Below, in pieces: positions 26,598 to 39,600 of a stretch of 64,000 nucleotides of DNA. The DNA lies in assembly GCA_046563655.1 (NCBI GenBank), contig CM102289.1, positions 5,518,001 to 5,582,000 of the forward strand, in the 5' to 3' direction. The translations under genes were made by a program, and so were the position numbers. The stretch comes from Yuukianura sp. NJ FZ-2021. Taxonomy: Eukaryota. Under the pieces are notes generated by a model. It did no database searches, was not told the DNA's origin, and saw only the letters and a program-made list of their open reading frames with translations. Each line of letters opens with the position of its first letter. Positions within the stretch are counted from its first letter, which is position 1.

Positions 26598-29500
26598 ATG
26601 GCTTGCTGTGGGCGGTCTAAAATTTGTTCATTGATTGTGTCCAGGTTTTCGGAATTGGTGGCTCTCGTGTCCGTGTCCACCACTGTCTTCTTGTTCTTTC
26701 ATACCCAAGTTCTCAATTCACGCATCGAACAGATCCAGGGAATCCTCACTGCATCAGCCTCCGGCCTCTCTGCGCATGCCCCAAGTCAGTAAATTTCTTA
26801 AACAAATGTAAAACAAACATTTCCAATACAAAATTTAACCTAATTGACTAATTCCTAACGGAAATTTAAAAAAAGTTGAGTAATCGTGTTGATGATGTTT
26901 AAATTTGAATCAGTAATAATCCACGGTTTCTTGCCATGTTATTATGGAGCATAAGACTTACCGGTTACAAAATTAGCATCAGTTTGCATTGTTTGTGCTC
27001 AGAAGCAGTACAATGTCCGTTAGGTTTGACTTTGAAATTGGCTTGAATTGCTAATTGTGTTGCACGGTCTGATTGCAGATGGGTTGGGGGCTGGATCCAG
27101 ATCAGACAAACTCATTGAAGTCAACGCAGGCGTTAGTCGATTCACGATCATCAACCAAAAGGTAAATCTTCAACTGCTCTACATTTTTGCAAAAACAAAC
27201 GAAAAAACGAAATCTTCATTTATATTCACACGCCGAAACCATGGCCACACCCTCCTTTGTCCCTGACAATTCAATTACTGAAAGTCATGAACTTTATCTG
27301 CCGTGTCAAAACAAAAAGACTGACAAAAAGAGACGTTTTTAGTTCGCAATTCTAAATTTAAAGTTGTCAAATAGAGTTTCTTGAGGAAAAATCTGGGTTA
27401 CCAAATTAAACATTAGTGGTGTGAATTTTGGCGTGAGAAAATTCTTCTAAGTCATTGTCAATTGAATTCCGTCTGCTTCTCTGCTTCTGCGTCTGAATTC
27501 TTTCAAGCGTTGCATTTGGTGCCATATGATAAATGGTCAAATCAAATAGAAACCTGCAGATTTTCCCTCTTGTTTGAAAAACGGAGGACTTTTTCTTAAA
27601 ACCTAAAATTTGAAATTAAATTCGACTTACGTTTGTCCTTGAACAATGGCATGTCAATGTCCCTTGTGCACTTGGGTGTTAAGTTTTTGTGTCCACGTTT
27701 CGTTCAAGTCGTTGATCCCATGCTAAAAGAAGGATTCAAATTAGGCATGGCACTCAGGGTGGGACAATTCAATGCTAACAGGCTTTATTACATGCATGGG
27801 TAGAGGGATGAGACGGAAGAAGATGCGACGGAGCAGCCAAAAAGATTTGCGAAATCGGACTTTTTGCGTGACAATGGGATTACGATGTTTTGCAAAGACT
27901 CCAAACTTTGCGTCTGCGCAATCTCGAAACTAGATCTTGAAACTGCACAAGTCAATTGGGCTCATCAAACGAGGAAACAGACTCCTTCCAATTTCATGCC
28001 TCTTGTTCCGTCTCACCGGCAAAATCTTCTTTTTCAGTAACTCCTTTTAATTTTTTCTGTGCAAATATTTTCAAAACGTTTTTTATGGTTGCAGTACAAT
28101 GTGACTGCGCTGAACCGAACTGGCGATGCTGGGAAGGAACTGCTGTTCTTCAACAGGGTTCCGAAGGTGGGCAGTCAGTCAATGATGGATCTCCTGCAGC
28201 GTCTGGCGTCCAGAAATCACTTTACGTTCCACAGAGACGGAACGCAGAAAGTGGAAACAATTCGACTCACTTACTATGAAGAGAGTCGCCTCACTACGAT
28301 GATCAACATGTTCACACCCCCTGCATCCTATGTCAAGCACACTTGCTTCACCAATTTCACTAGGTAAGGTCAGAGGTCAAAGGTCAGTTGGAATGCCAAC
28401 CTATGCTAACCTAAATATCAACAGACATGGCTACCCAATGCCCATCTACATCAACCTGGTGAGAGATCCCATCGAAAGAGTGATCTCATGGTTCTACTAC
28501 ATCAGAGCACCGTGGTACATCATCGAAAGAAAGCAAGCATTCCCTGAACTCCCACTTCCGCATCCCAATTGGCTGAAAAAAGTAATTAATTTTTCAAAAT
28601 TTAATAAAAAGAAAGTTCAAAGTTTTTGATAACTAAAAAATTTCTCTCTCAGGATTTTGAAACTTGCGTGCTGAGTGGAGACCGTGAGTGTCTTTTCATT
28701 CCTGGCGAAATACATGACGGAGTAGGTGACCACCGACGTCAAGCCATGTTTTTTTGCGGACACAATGAAAAGTGCATGTAAGTTTCCTTTCCTTTTGGTA
28801 CAAAAGAAGATGACGAGTAATGTGAAACTGGCGCTATGCTCTGAATTTTTACAAAGAAAAGGAAACAAACTGTGCTTGAAGCATTAAGTCTATTAATAGC
28901 CCACGGAAGATTAAAGAAGCTTCAACACACTGTAGGGTGCCGATGTGATTCCTGACTAATTTCCCTCCTCCGTCGTGTTGTAGTTGATGAGTATCTGACG
29001 TATGACATTTCACACCCTCAACAACAGATACTTCAACACCTTATTCTTACCTGAACTACTTCTGCTTGACAAGTTTCTCACGAAACGTATTGTTCATCAA
29101 AGGAAATCAATTGGTACAAAAGCTACTAGAAAAAGAACACATTTCACTCCATGCCAATTTCGAGAAAGAACTTCAACTCCTCAATTACCGAGAATGTACA
29201 AAATATGTAGGTCGCTTTACATTAGAGCATGTTCAGGACAGAGACTTAAAATGAGGGAAGAAACAGTAAAGTGCGGCAGAAAAGTGCTTTCGGGCACAAT
29301 TTTTATGTTCAGAGGATGTGAACATTCTTGTACATTTTCCTAGTATGTTAAATTATGATTGGGTCTGACCTTCTGAAAAAATTTAGGACCTACTTTTTAA
29401 AAATTTCTTTTTCTTTTTTTAATTTGGGAAATTTTGTGAAAATTATAACTTTGTATAAAACTTTTTTTTTGCACCAAAGGAGAAAAGTGTTCGTGGCCAT

Positions 29501-30070
29501 TAATATTGTTGATGAAAAACAATCATTAAATTTCTTTTTTTTAAATTTGTTCTACTTCACTTTAATTTATTTGAATGTTCATATGTTATGAATTGTAGGG
29601 AATTCAATGGCGAGTGGGGAGTACAACGTGCGAAGCGGAATGTAGATGAGCACTACGCCGTTGTCGGAATTCTGGAAGAAATGGATATTACGCTTCAAGT
29701 AATGGAGAAATACGTTCCCAAATTTTTTACTGGAGCCACACAGTTGTACTACGGTCAGTTACTCAGAATAAAATGAAAAATATGAATTTTTAGATTCATA
29801 AAAATGAGCCGGCATAAGCACCTAAACCTTTTTTTTTTAGTAACTGACTCAAATTTTTTTTCTTGTTTAATAGACAACCTCGCAGTGATGCAGAAGATCA
29901 ACAAGAACATGTACAAACCTCCGGTGTCTGAATCCGTCAAAAACATCCTGAGGAAGAACTTCACGCGGGAAATTGAATTTTACGAATTCTGTAAACAACG
30001 GCTCCATAAGCAGTATGTGGCAGCGATTCAGCTGGAGGAAGAGCAACGTCACAATGCAGCAGCAGGTTAA
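26598..30070 (+). CDS. pip: Pipe, heparan-sulfate 2-O-sulfotransferase-like Golgi type II membrane protein, ~390 aa, 7 exons
   Basis: join(26598..26784,27079..27161,28095..28363,28425..28581,28653..28777,29599..29753,29874..30070), 1173 nt with consistent phases. The N-terminal anchor SELVALVSVSTTVFLFFHTQVLNSRI resembles Pipe. PAPS-binding motifs FFNRVPKVGSQ and INLVRDPIERVISWFYY, plus FFCGH, YAVVGILEE and EIEFYEFCKQRL, are present. Confidence 0.9.
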
Positions 30071-30536
30071 ATACAACGCAAACGCAGATTTAACCATGAT
30101 ATTTTTAAGTAAACCAAAAAAATATGGGGTGATGACATTTTAGTTACCAAAAACAATGCACTAATAATTAAGCAAGGATTAGGTTAACCTAATTAAGAAT
30201 TATAAAATGTAAATAATAATTATTATCATTATTAGATACATATATATTACATCATGAATTATTCATGTATGTTAACGCTAAATCTTTAGTTTACCCACTC
30301 TCATTTCCACCGTTTTGTAAACACAAAAACAACTGTGATTTCAAAATAAGTCAAATATTCCATTTTCACCAATAAAACCAATCAGTATTTATTCAATTCA
30401 AATGCAAATGTTTCCAGATTGACCAAAAAAAAATTTTTCATATTGATCGCCTTGTACCTAAATTTGCTCGGAAATGGTTAATGTCGAACCTTGACCATCA
30501 GATATTTAAACCTACTAATTCACTATATAATTGTGT

Positions 30537-30550
30537 TTTATTTTTTTATT
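30537..30550 (-). terminator. Two AATAAA poly(A) signals 60-70 nt downstream of the NRPS stop codon
   Basis: TTTATT on the + strand at 30537-30542 and 30545-30550. Pipe has its own + strand AATAAA at 30371-30376. The region is very AT-rich, so chance matches are possible. Confidence 0.45.
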
Positions 30551-30608
30551 TATGTTAACTGTAATAATATATTGCTATAATTTGTATACCATCAACATTA
30601 ACATACCT

Positions 30609-33600
30609 TTATTCGTTAGATAAATCCATCGCCTTAGCCACAATTGAGCACACACGTAAAAGCGGTTCTTTTGATTTAATCCAGCTCACGTGATCTGGAA
30701 TTCCGTACAAACGAATGCATTTCTCAGGAACAAATAGTTCCAAATTGTTAAACTTTCTTTCTCGCGCAAAGTGTTGCGACACTTCTTCATCCTCAAGCCC
30801 CGCCTCCCCTTTCAACAACACAACCTTCGTATCTTTCAAAATTTCCTCGGAAAGTGGTTTCGGATAATACTCGGCTACAATTTCTTCTCCCTCTCTCACT
30901 GGAATTCCAATCTCCCGCAACGTATCTCCCAAAGCAAAAAATGAATCAACGATTACCACACTCGACACTTTGTCTCCACCCACCAAAAGTTGACGCGCAA
31001 TTTCAAATGCTATCATTCCCCCTGAACTCCATCCGAACAAGTCGTACGGGCCTTCCGGTTGAACTCGTTTCATGTGCACAATGTGCAATTTCGCTGCAAA
31101 TTCTAGTGTAAGTCCCTTGATATTTTGGGGATTGAATTTGGTCAAATGGGAGTAATAATTGTTAAACAAAACCAAATCACGTGACCCACCCAATTGTGGA
31201 AGTAGCGTTCCCAAATAGTTTTCAGCCCCACCGTTTCCTGGCGGGAACAAAAATGCTATTGGTTTTTGAATTTCATTTTTTCCCGGGCAAAACACATAAG
31301 GCACAAAATCTGGAAAATCACTCATTGTGCTGGAAGGTTTTGCTTGAATTTGTGCTAATTTCAAAATGACAGTCTCCAGCGAATGTACCAATTCAGCTAA
31401 TAGCCCATCTTCCGCGCCAAGTAATTTGATTTGAATTGCATCTGTATTGTCCAATACCAAAATTTCAAAACCGCTGTTCAAATCTGTCTGATTCTTCCCG
31501 CCAAATTCTACAACACTGTTTGTAAACCGCACGACGACATTCGGTCGACGGACATTTGCAAAGCTGAAACCAATTCCATCATCCGGTACATAACGCAAAC
31601 TTTCTTTTGTAAATACCAAAGCATCCTCAACTGAATCGTGACATGACGATAGCAGAACCGGGTAACTCACTTCAAAATTTCCCGCAGTATTTTCAAATCT
31701 CTTCGACCGTTTGCCTTCGCTTACCAAAACTACGTTCTGAGTGCATCCAAATTTTTTAGTTAAAACGCACGACATCGCTGTAAGAAAAATGTCTCTCATT
31801 TGAACGCCATTTAAAAACGACACGCCCTTCCTCAAAGCAGTACTCAAAGATGACGATAGTACAATACTTTCAACGCCGTTGGACTGCACATGGGCAAATG
31901 TTGGTTCTGAGCAATTTTGCATAATTTTCGCCCAATAGGAGCCGTTGCGTTGTGCAGCAGCTTCTCTTAGCAAAATCCATGTTCGATAATCTTCTTTTGG
32001 AGTAGTTGAACCACGACCTTGGTCAAGGAAATGGAAGAATTCTTTCAATAAAATATTTGCGGTAACTTCATCTGCAAGAAATGAAGCCAGGGTAAATCGA
32101 AAAGTGGATTCATTTTGTCCCAAACTGCAAGTCAATGTCAATGACCTCTTCGGTTCGATGGAATTACTCTCTGGCAATGGATGCGGCAATACCACAAGTG
32201 GCACTCCGCGCATGCTCTCATCGTAAACTAAATCTGAACCTTCCAGATAAAAACCAAGCACGTCAAAAGTCTGTTCTAGATAATGAACCGCGGCTTCTAC
32301 ACTCCTGAGGTCAATCGGAATCGGTCTGGTGCTGGTGAGGTGAATGACGTTTCTCTTCGAGGTCAACTCCAGAGGAGCCGAAACACGAGTAAAGGCAGCA
32401 ATTGATGCTGGACTCACATCCAATCCCGCTTGTTCTTTCAGGACAAACGCACAGAGGCGACTGATCGTTTTATGTTCAAATACATCCTTCACGGAAATAA
32501 TTATGCCCGTTCGCTCTTTAATTCTGCTGACTAAATTGATTGTCTTGATACTGTTCCCGCCCAATTCAAAAAAGTTTGTGTTTAGCCCAATACTGTCCAC
32601 TGGCAAATCCAAAACTTGAGCCCAAATCTCAACTAGCCCTAATTCAAACTCATTCTTCGGTCTGGAAGTATCGAGGTCACTGACCTCAAATTTTGGTTCT
32701 GGAAGAGCCTTCCTGTCCACCTTTCCATTGGGCCTTAACGGAATCTTCTCTAATTTGATCAGGCACGCTGGAACCATGAAATCTGGCAATTGAGCACTGA
32801 GCATGCGTAGTATCTCTTTAGCTGAAAATCCTGACCCTGCGACGCAGTAACCTACAAGCGTGTCTCCCTTTACGTCTACAACACAATCCGACACTGAAGG
32901 ATGTTTGGCCAATGCCGTTTCTACCTCAGACAATTCTACCCGGAAACCACGAATGTTTGCTTGCAAATCAGCGCGTCCCAAAAATTCCAACTGCCCCGCC
33001 AAAGTCCACCGTGCCAAATCGCCTGTCCTATAAAGACGTTCTCTCCGACCACTTGAAAATAGGACTTCAATAAAGGCTTTCTTCGTTCCCGCTTCGTTGT
33101 TCAAGTACCCCCTAGCCAAACCTACTCCACCAATGAACAGTTCCCCAACGGCCAGAGGTGGAAGAATAGCCAAGTTTCTGTCCATGACGTAACAGGATAC
33201 ACTGGGAATCGGAGATCCAATTTCAGATACGCTGTCAGCATCCACCCATTTTCCGGTGGCTGCAACTGAAATTTCAGTGGGACCGTAAGAGTTGTACAGT
33301 TTGACTCGAGAGAGCCAATAGCGAGCTGCTTCTACATTACAAGCTTCCCCACCGAAACTGATTCCTTGGAGCGCCGGGTAATTCAATTTTGGTAATGTTG
33401 GAATTACTGCTGGAGGGAGATAAACAAATTGAATTTTGTTTTGGTCAATGTAAGTTCCGAGGGCATTCGGATTGAGTCGGGTATTTTCGGAAAGAAGATG
33501 AGCTACACCTCCTTTACTCAGCGGACCAAATGCTTCGAACAGAAATGAGTCAAAGGCGTATGAGCAAAATACAGAGCTGACCACAGGGGGGTCATTGACC

Positions 33601-36600
33601 TTCGTAGCTAAGAATGAATCGGCATAAGCAGAAACGGAGTTGACAATTCCGCAATGTTGCAATAAAACGCCTTTAGGTACGCCAGTCGTTCCTGAAGTGT
33701 AGATACAGTAAGCTAAGTCAGTATCTGTCATGTCAGGAGGCGTCCAGTGTTGGTTGGGAAGTTGACCTATGACATCTTCCAAGCAAATCAGTTGACATCC
33801 TTGCAGAACTGAACTGGACTCTTGTCTTTTGTTTGTCACGACAACTTTAGTCTTTGTGTCCTTGATGATGTATGTGATTCGCTCAACTGGAAACGTAGGA
33901 TCGACAGGAACAAACGCTGCGCCAGCCTTCATTATACCCAGCATTCCTACAAACACTTTTTCGTCTCGATCTGCCACCAAAACAACCAAATCTCCTTTCA
34001 AAATTCCACTAGAAGTCAATCTCTGGGCAAGAACGTTTGCACGCATGTCCAATTCCCTGTAACTCAAAACCTCATTTTCATACACAACTGCCGCTGCATC
34101 GGGACACTTCTGAACAGAATGTTCAACAAGCCCATGCAGTGTTGTTGGTGCAGAGGGCATGCGTGGACGCGATGGAGTCATACCCCACTCCTCTGTGATT
34201 TTTCTGTAAACCGGAGTAGTTACCAATTCCAAACTACGCATTTCCTTGGAGCCATTTTCGGCCATTTGTTCCAAAATTTTGACAAAAGTTGAAGCCATGT
34301 TGGTCATGGCCACTTCAGTGTAAGAAATAGAATCGTAAAGAAAACGGAGTTCAATGACTTCCTGCCTCTCCCATGCAAAAACGACTAAAGGATATTCCTG
34401 TTTTTCAATTCCCTTGTCACCTAGCGGAATAAAATTGAACTTTCCGTCACTATTTTGACCTAATTGCCGAGTAGGGAAATTTTCAAAAACAAAGATCGAG
34501 TCAAATGGCGGTCCAGTTTTGTTGGAAACAGCAGACAAATGAACATTTGACCTAGCATTGATTTCAGCCACTTCTTTCTGTAGCGTTCGAATAGCGTCCA
34601 TGAGCGTCCCACTCTCATCACGACAATGTTCAACAATGGCAGGTAAAGTGTTGATGTAAAGGCCGACTGATTTGTCAATTCCAGGAATCGACAGACTTCT
34701 GCCGGAAACAACCGTACCTACTACAGTGACATCCGAAGTACCAAAAACATTTAAAATTTTGTGCCAAGCGTAAAGTAAAATGGAGCTGAGTGTAACTTCA
34801 GCTTTTCTGGACATTTTTCGGAGCTTGTCTGACAGTTCAGCTTTTAGTGTCAGAGGAAGTTCAACAGAATCATACAAAGTGGAACCTACTTTTCGTTGAA
34901 GTTGGTTAAGATTAGACGTGTTTAGACCTACAAGGTCGTTGACCTCACCAATTCGACCAATCTGGTTTTTCCAGTAGGTCAAGTGCTCCTGTGCAGATTC
35001 TTGCAAGAACTTTTGTGTCCTGAGGTACCCAAAATCGAGTTCCACTTCCGGAACGGATCCTTCGACTAAACTATTGTAAAATTTTGTTACAGTTGATAAA
35101 AGAATGGGTAGTGACCATCCGTCCATGATGACGTGGTGGTAGCTAAACAGAGCAGTGTAAGAATCCTGCGCAGTTTGGATTAAATGAACTCTAAACAATT
35201 GACCTTCGTCTAATTTGAACAATCTTTTCTTGTCACCTTCGCTGATTAGTCTAATTTCCTGTTCGTGCATGTCAGAGGTCAAATTTGAAATGTCAATGAA
35301 CGCAAAGTCAAGATCGGGTGAAGAATCGATGACCTGCAGAATTGTTTCTTCTTCCCAGGCAAAACGCAAGCGCAGTGCCGGAAATGCCTTCATGGCTACA
35401 ACCCACGCTTGTTTGAAATGTGTTGGATCCAGTTCTCGCTCGTACTTCCAACCAATTTGAAAAGAGTAACCGTCAGTAGCCTCAGAACCATTCAGAAGAA
35501 AGTTGTAAATGAAACCAGTTTGAAGACTGTTGGCAACAAAAATTGCATCGACTGAATGTTGACTACGTAGACGCTCCAAGTATGAAGTAGAGCAGTACTG
35601 CGTAGGAATTTCGTAAGATTGGAGGTCAAAGGCTGATGGCTGGTCTGGAGGAGGTGGCGGAAGGTCAATTTGGTCTGGTTCTTCTAGATGCTCTGCTAAA
35701 GCCTTGATTGTTTTAAAATCAAAAATATCTTTGGGTGTAATTGAGACATTCAAAATTTGACGGCACAATTCTGCTAACTGAATACTCACAATACTATCTC
35801 CACCTAATTGAAAGAAACTGTCGGTTATACCAAATTCTGATTGGTCCAGATTTAAAACTTTACTCCAAATTTCATGCAAGTCTTCTTCGAGATCCGTTCG
35901 AGGCAAAACTATTTCAGACTCAGTTTGAAATTGCGGTTCTGGAAGTGCTTTCAGATCTACTTTTCCGGTGACAGCCAATGGGAATGCAGAAAGATGGACA
36001 AGGGCAGATGGAACCATGTAGTGCGGCAATTTAGCACTCAAATACTCAAGAATCTCAGAATGTGCAAGTGGAAGTACAGAAGTGTAGTAAACTACGATCC
36101 GTTTTGAACCACTAATTTCTCTCACTTGCGCAATACAAGCAGAAATCTGCGGATAGGAAGCCAAACTAGACTCAATTTCACCCAATTCAATTCGAAAACC
36201 ACGAACTTTGACCTGAGTATCAACACGACCAACAAACTCCAAGTTCCCATCCAACGTCCATCGAACAAGATCACCAGTACGATACAAATTCATTGGATCT
36301 TCCCCTGCAAAAGAGTGAGTGATGAAAGCCTTTTGCATTTCGTCTTCACGATTCAAATAACCCCGCCCAACACCTTTCCCGCCAACCAACAATTCACCAA
36401 TGGCCAAAGGAGGCAGCAGAACCAAATCCTCATTCACAACAAAACAAGTGACATTGTGAAGTGGTTTGCCAATGTCAGACACACGTTCATCTTCAACCCA
36501 CTTTCCGGTGGCTGCAATACTTGTTTCGGTGGGGCCATAAGAATTGTACAAACGGACGCGAGTAGTCCAGTATTTGGCTACACCCACAGGAATTCCATCA

Positions 36601-39600
36601 CCACCAAAAGAAATTGTTCTGAGAGAAGGAATGTCAATTTGCGGCAGATTTGAAAGGAGAGCAGGAGTGAGGTAGAAATTTGTGATGGATTCTTTTCGGA
36701 AGTATTCGGAGAGGAGATGAGTGTCTTTTCGGGTAGTTTCGGAAAGGAGATGAATGCAACCACCACGAGTCCAAGGACTCCAAACTTCCATCAGAAAAGC
36801 ATCAAATGCGTATGAGCAAAAAACAGTGGATCGAATGTCGCTGTCTCTGTTTCCAAAAATGTCATGTGCATAAGAGTAGATTGTGTTGACTGCGCCTGCG
36901 TGATGGACGAGCACTCCCTTGGGAACTCCTGTTGTTCCTGACGTGTAAATGCAATAAGCAAGCGAATTGGAAGTCCCTCTGCCCAGCCTTTCTTTGTTTT
37001 CCAAACTTATTTTGACTTGTGTTTCTTCCGAATCGATGGAAATTACCTTAACATTTTCCGAATCAAAAGCCGAATGTTTCCTGTGTTTGTCATTGGTCAA
37101 AACAACCTCAACTCCTGAATCCTGCAAGATGAATTTGATTCTTTCCGCGGGAAGATTCAAATCAATTGGAACGTAGGCAAAACCTCCCTTCAAAACCCCG
37201 ATCATTCCAATGAGCAAATCTTCCGTTCTTTCCAAGAATAGTCCAACTAGTGACTCTGATTTGACACCGAATTTAGCCAAGTAATTTCCTAACTGATTTC
37301 CCCGTTCATCGATTTCTCTAAAGGTCAATGATCCCTCACTAGTCACTAATGCAGTCCTATCCGGGTATTTCGTAGCGGCCTCTTCCAGAATTTCGTGAAG
37401 CGTTTCTGGAGCTCCTAATTCTTTCCATTCCGTTTCCCACCCTGCACGCATGATTTCAAACTTTTCGTCCTTAAGCATTTCAAGCCTACTACAATTTCTG
37501 AGTGGTTCTGTAACAATTTGTTCTAGAATTTTCATAAAAGTGGCTCCTAGATTTTCAATGGCTTCTACTCCAAAGAGGTCATTTGAGTAATGAAGGTCAA
37601 TTTGCAGAGTGTTTCCACGTTGATGGACGAGAACAACCAATGGATAGTCGAATTTGTCCACAACGCCCTCTAGTGTTGGACGTAACTTAATTCCTGTCGT
37701 TTCACTAACGTTGGTTGGATAATTCATAAACGTGAACAAGGAATCGAAGAGTCTTTCTCCCTCTTTTTGCAAACTGGACAAACTCACATTCGTTTTTGAA
37801 CTCATTTCGGTAAAGTGATTTTGTAGCTTCTTGATTCCATCAACAAGCGAACAAGTTTTATATTCCGAATGGTCTACAATCATCAGCAAAGTGTTGACGA
37901 ACAAACCGACTGCCGTTTCCATATTGTTGATTTCCGGAAGATTCCGGCCGTTAACGACCGTACCGCAGACGGTAACAGAACTTGTACCGAAAGTTTTTAA
38001 AATTTTGTGCCAAGTAAATTGCAAAATGGCGTTCATCGTGAGTCCTTCTCGTCTGCTCAGTTGATTTAACCCTGCCGCCAAATTCCCTTCGACAAATAAA
38101 CTCTGTACTTTGGAATCCATGACACGACGAACTTGACTAATCTGTGTCACTCTCTGAGCTAAATTTGACGGCACGAGACCAAGCAACTCATTCCGTTCTG
38201 AAATCCTTTCTAATTCTCCTTCCCAAAAGTCCTTGTCAGCCTCGAATTTACTCTGAAGGAACTTCTGTGCATGAACGTAGGTTAAATCAGGTTGTTGACC
38301 TTGAACATTTTGGCCTTTCAGAATAGCATCATAACTTTCATGAACGATAGTCAGCAGCGGAACAATTGACCAACCGTCTAAGATGGCATGATGGTAGTTG
38401 AACAAACAACGAAACAATCCTGGACCTAGACGAACCAACTGAATTCGGAATAACCCGCCTTTTTCCAAAGAAAATAATTCACGTCTGTCTTGTTGCTGAA
38501 GTTGGACAAATCGAGAAGACGGGTTCTCTAATTGGCTGAAATCGTGGAATCGAAAATCGACTGATTCATTTTTGGAAATTATTTGGATCAAGTTGTCATC
38601 CCATGAAAAGCGAAGTCTCAAAGCTGGACATTTTTTGGCAGCAACATGCCATGCTGTTTTCAGCACATGCGCATCTACTTCCATATCGTACCGCCAAATC
38701 ATTTGTTCCATATACGAATCATCGCCATCTCCCTGTTCAGCTACACCCTGCTGATTCAGTGCATGGTAAATGAAACCCCGTTGTAAACTGTTCGCCAAGA
38801 AAATTCCATCGATTTCTCCCGCGCTTTCAATTTTTCTCAAAATTTCGTCGGAAACAATTCCTCCAAAATTGTTTTCTCTGTTGTATGGATCTAAATTGGA
38901 ATTAAAATTTGAAATTGCAACTGCACTTGTCGAATCAATATTTTCGCAAATCCTACGAATCGTTTTGTACTCCATGATGTCCTTCACCGTAACAACAATG
39001 TTCAACTGCTGCCTCACTCTGCCTACAATTCTAATGCTAACAATACTGTCTCCACCTAACGAGAAAAAGTCAGTGTCAATTCCAATTTTGGCAGTAGAAA
39101 TCCTAAGAACCGAACTCCAGATTGAAACCATTTGAACATGAAGTTCCGTCTCCGGTTCAGCAGTGGCGGTACTTTCAAAATCAGGATTTGGTAGAGCTTT
39201 GCGATCAATTTTAGCCGAAACTGTTGTTGGAATTGCATCAATTTTAACAAACACAAGTGGAACCATGTACTCTGGCAGGTCTTGTCTCAGATGACCTTTG
39301 AGCACCTCTGGGTCAATGACCTCTCCAGCGACATAGTAGAAAATCAAAGTCAATTTCCCAAGGTCACCCCCAAGCGGTCTTGCATCAACCACAACTCCAG
39401 TTAGTCCAGGAAATTTACTTCCCACAACCTCAATCTCACTCAACTCAATTCTAAACCCATTGACCTTGACCTGCGTATCTCTTCTTCCGTAAAATTCCAA
39501 TTCTCCAGCTAAATTCCATCGTGCCAAATCCCCAGTTGAGTACAAACGGAGACCACTTAAAGCGTTGTCCAGAAATGCTGCTCTTGTCTGTTCCGGTTTG

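Noticed and set aside
28880..29343. ORFs inside pipe intron 5 as an alternative sulfotransferase exon or nested gene
   Set aside because: No sulfotransferase or transposase motifs and no convincing splice sites.
26598..30070. Sulfotransferase next to an NRPS as a tailoring enzyme (monobactam-like cluster)
   Set aside because: It is an intron-rich, Golgi-anchored Pipe ortholog of a conserved arthropod family and would face the lumen, while an NRPS is cytosolic. Adjacency alone is not evidence.
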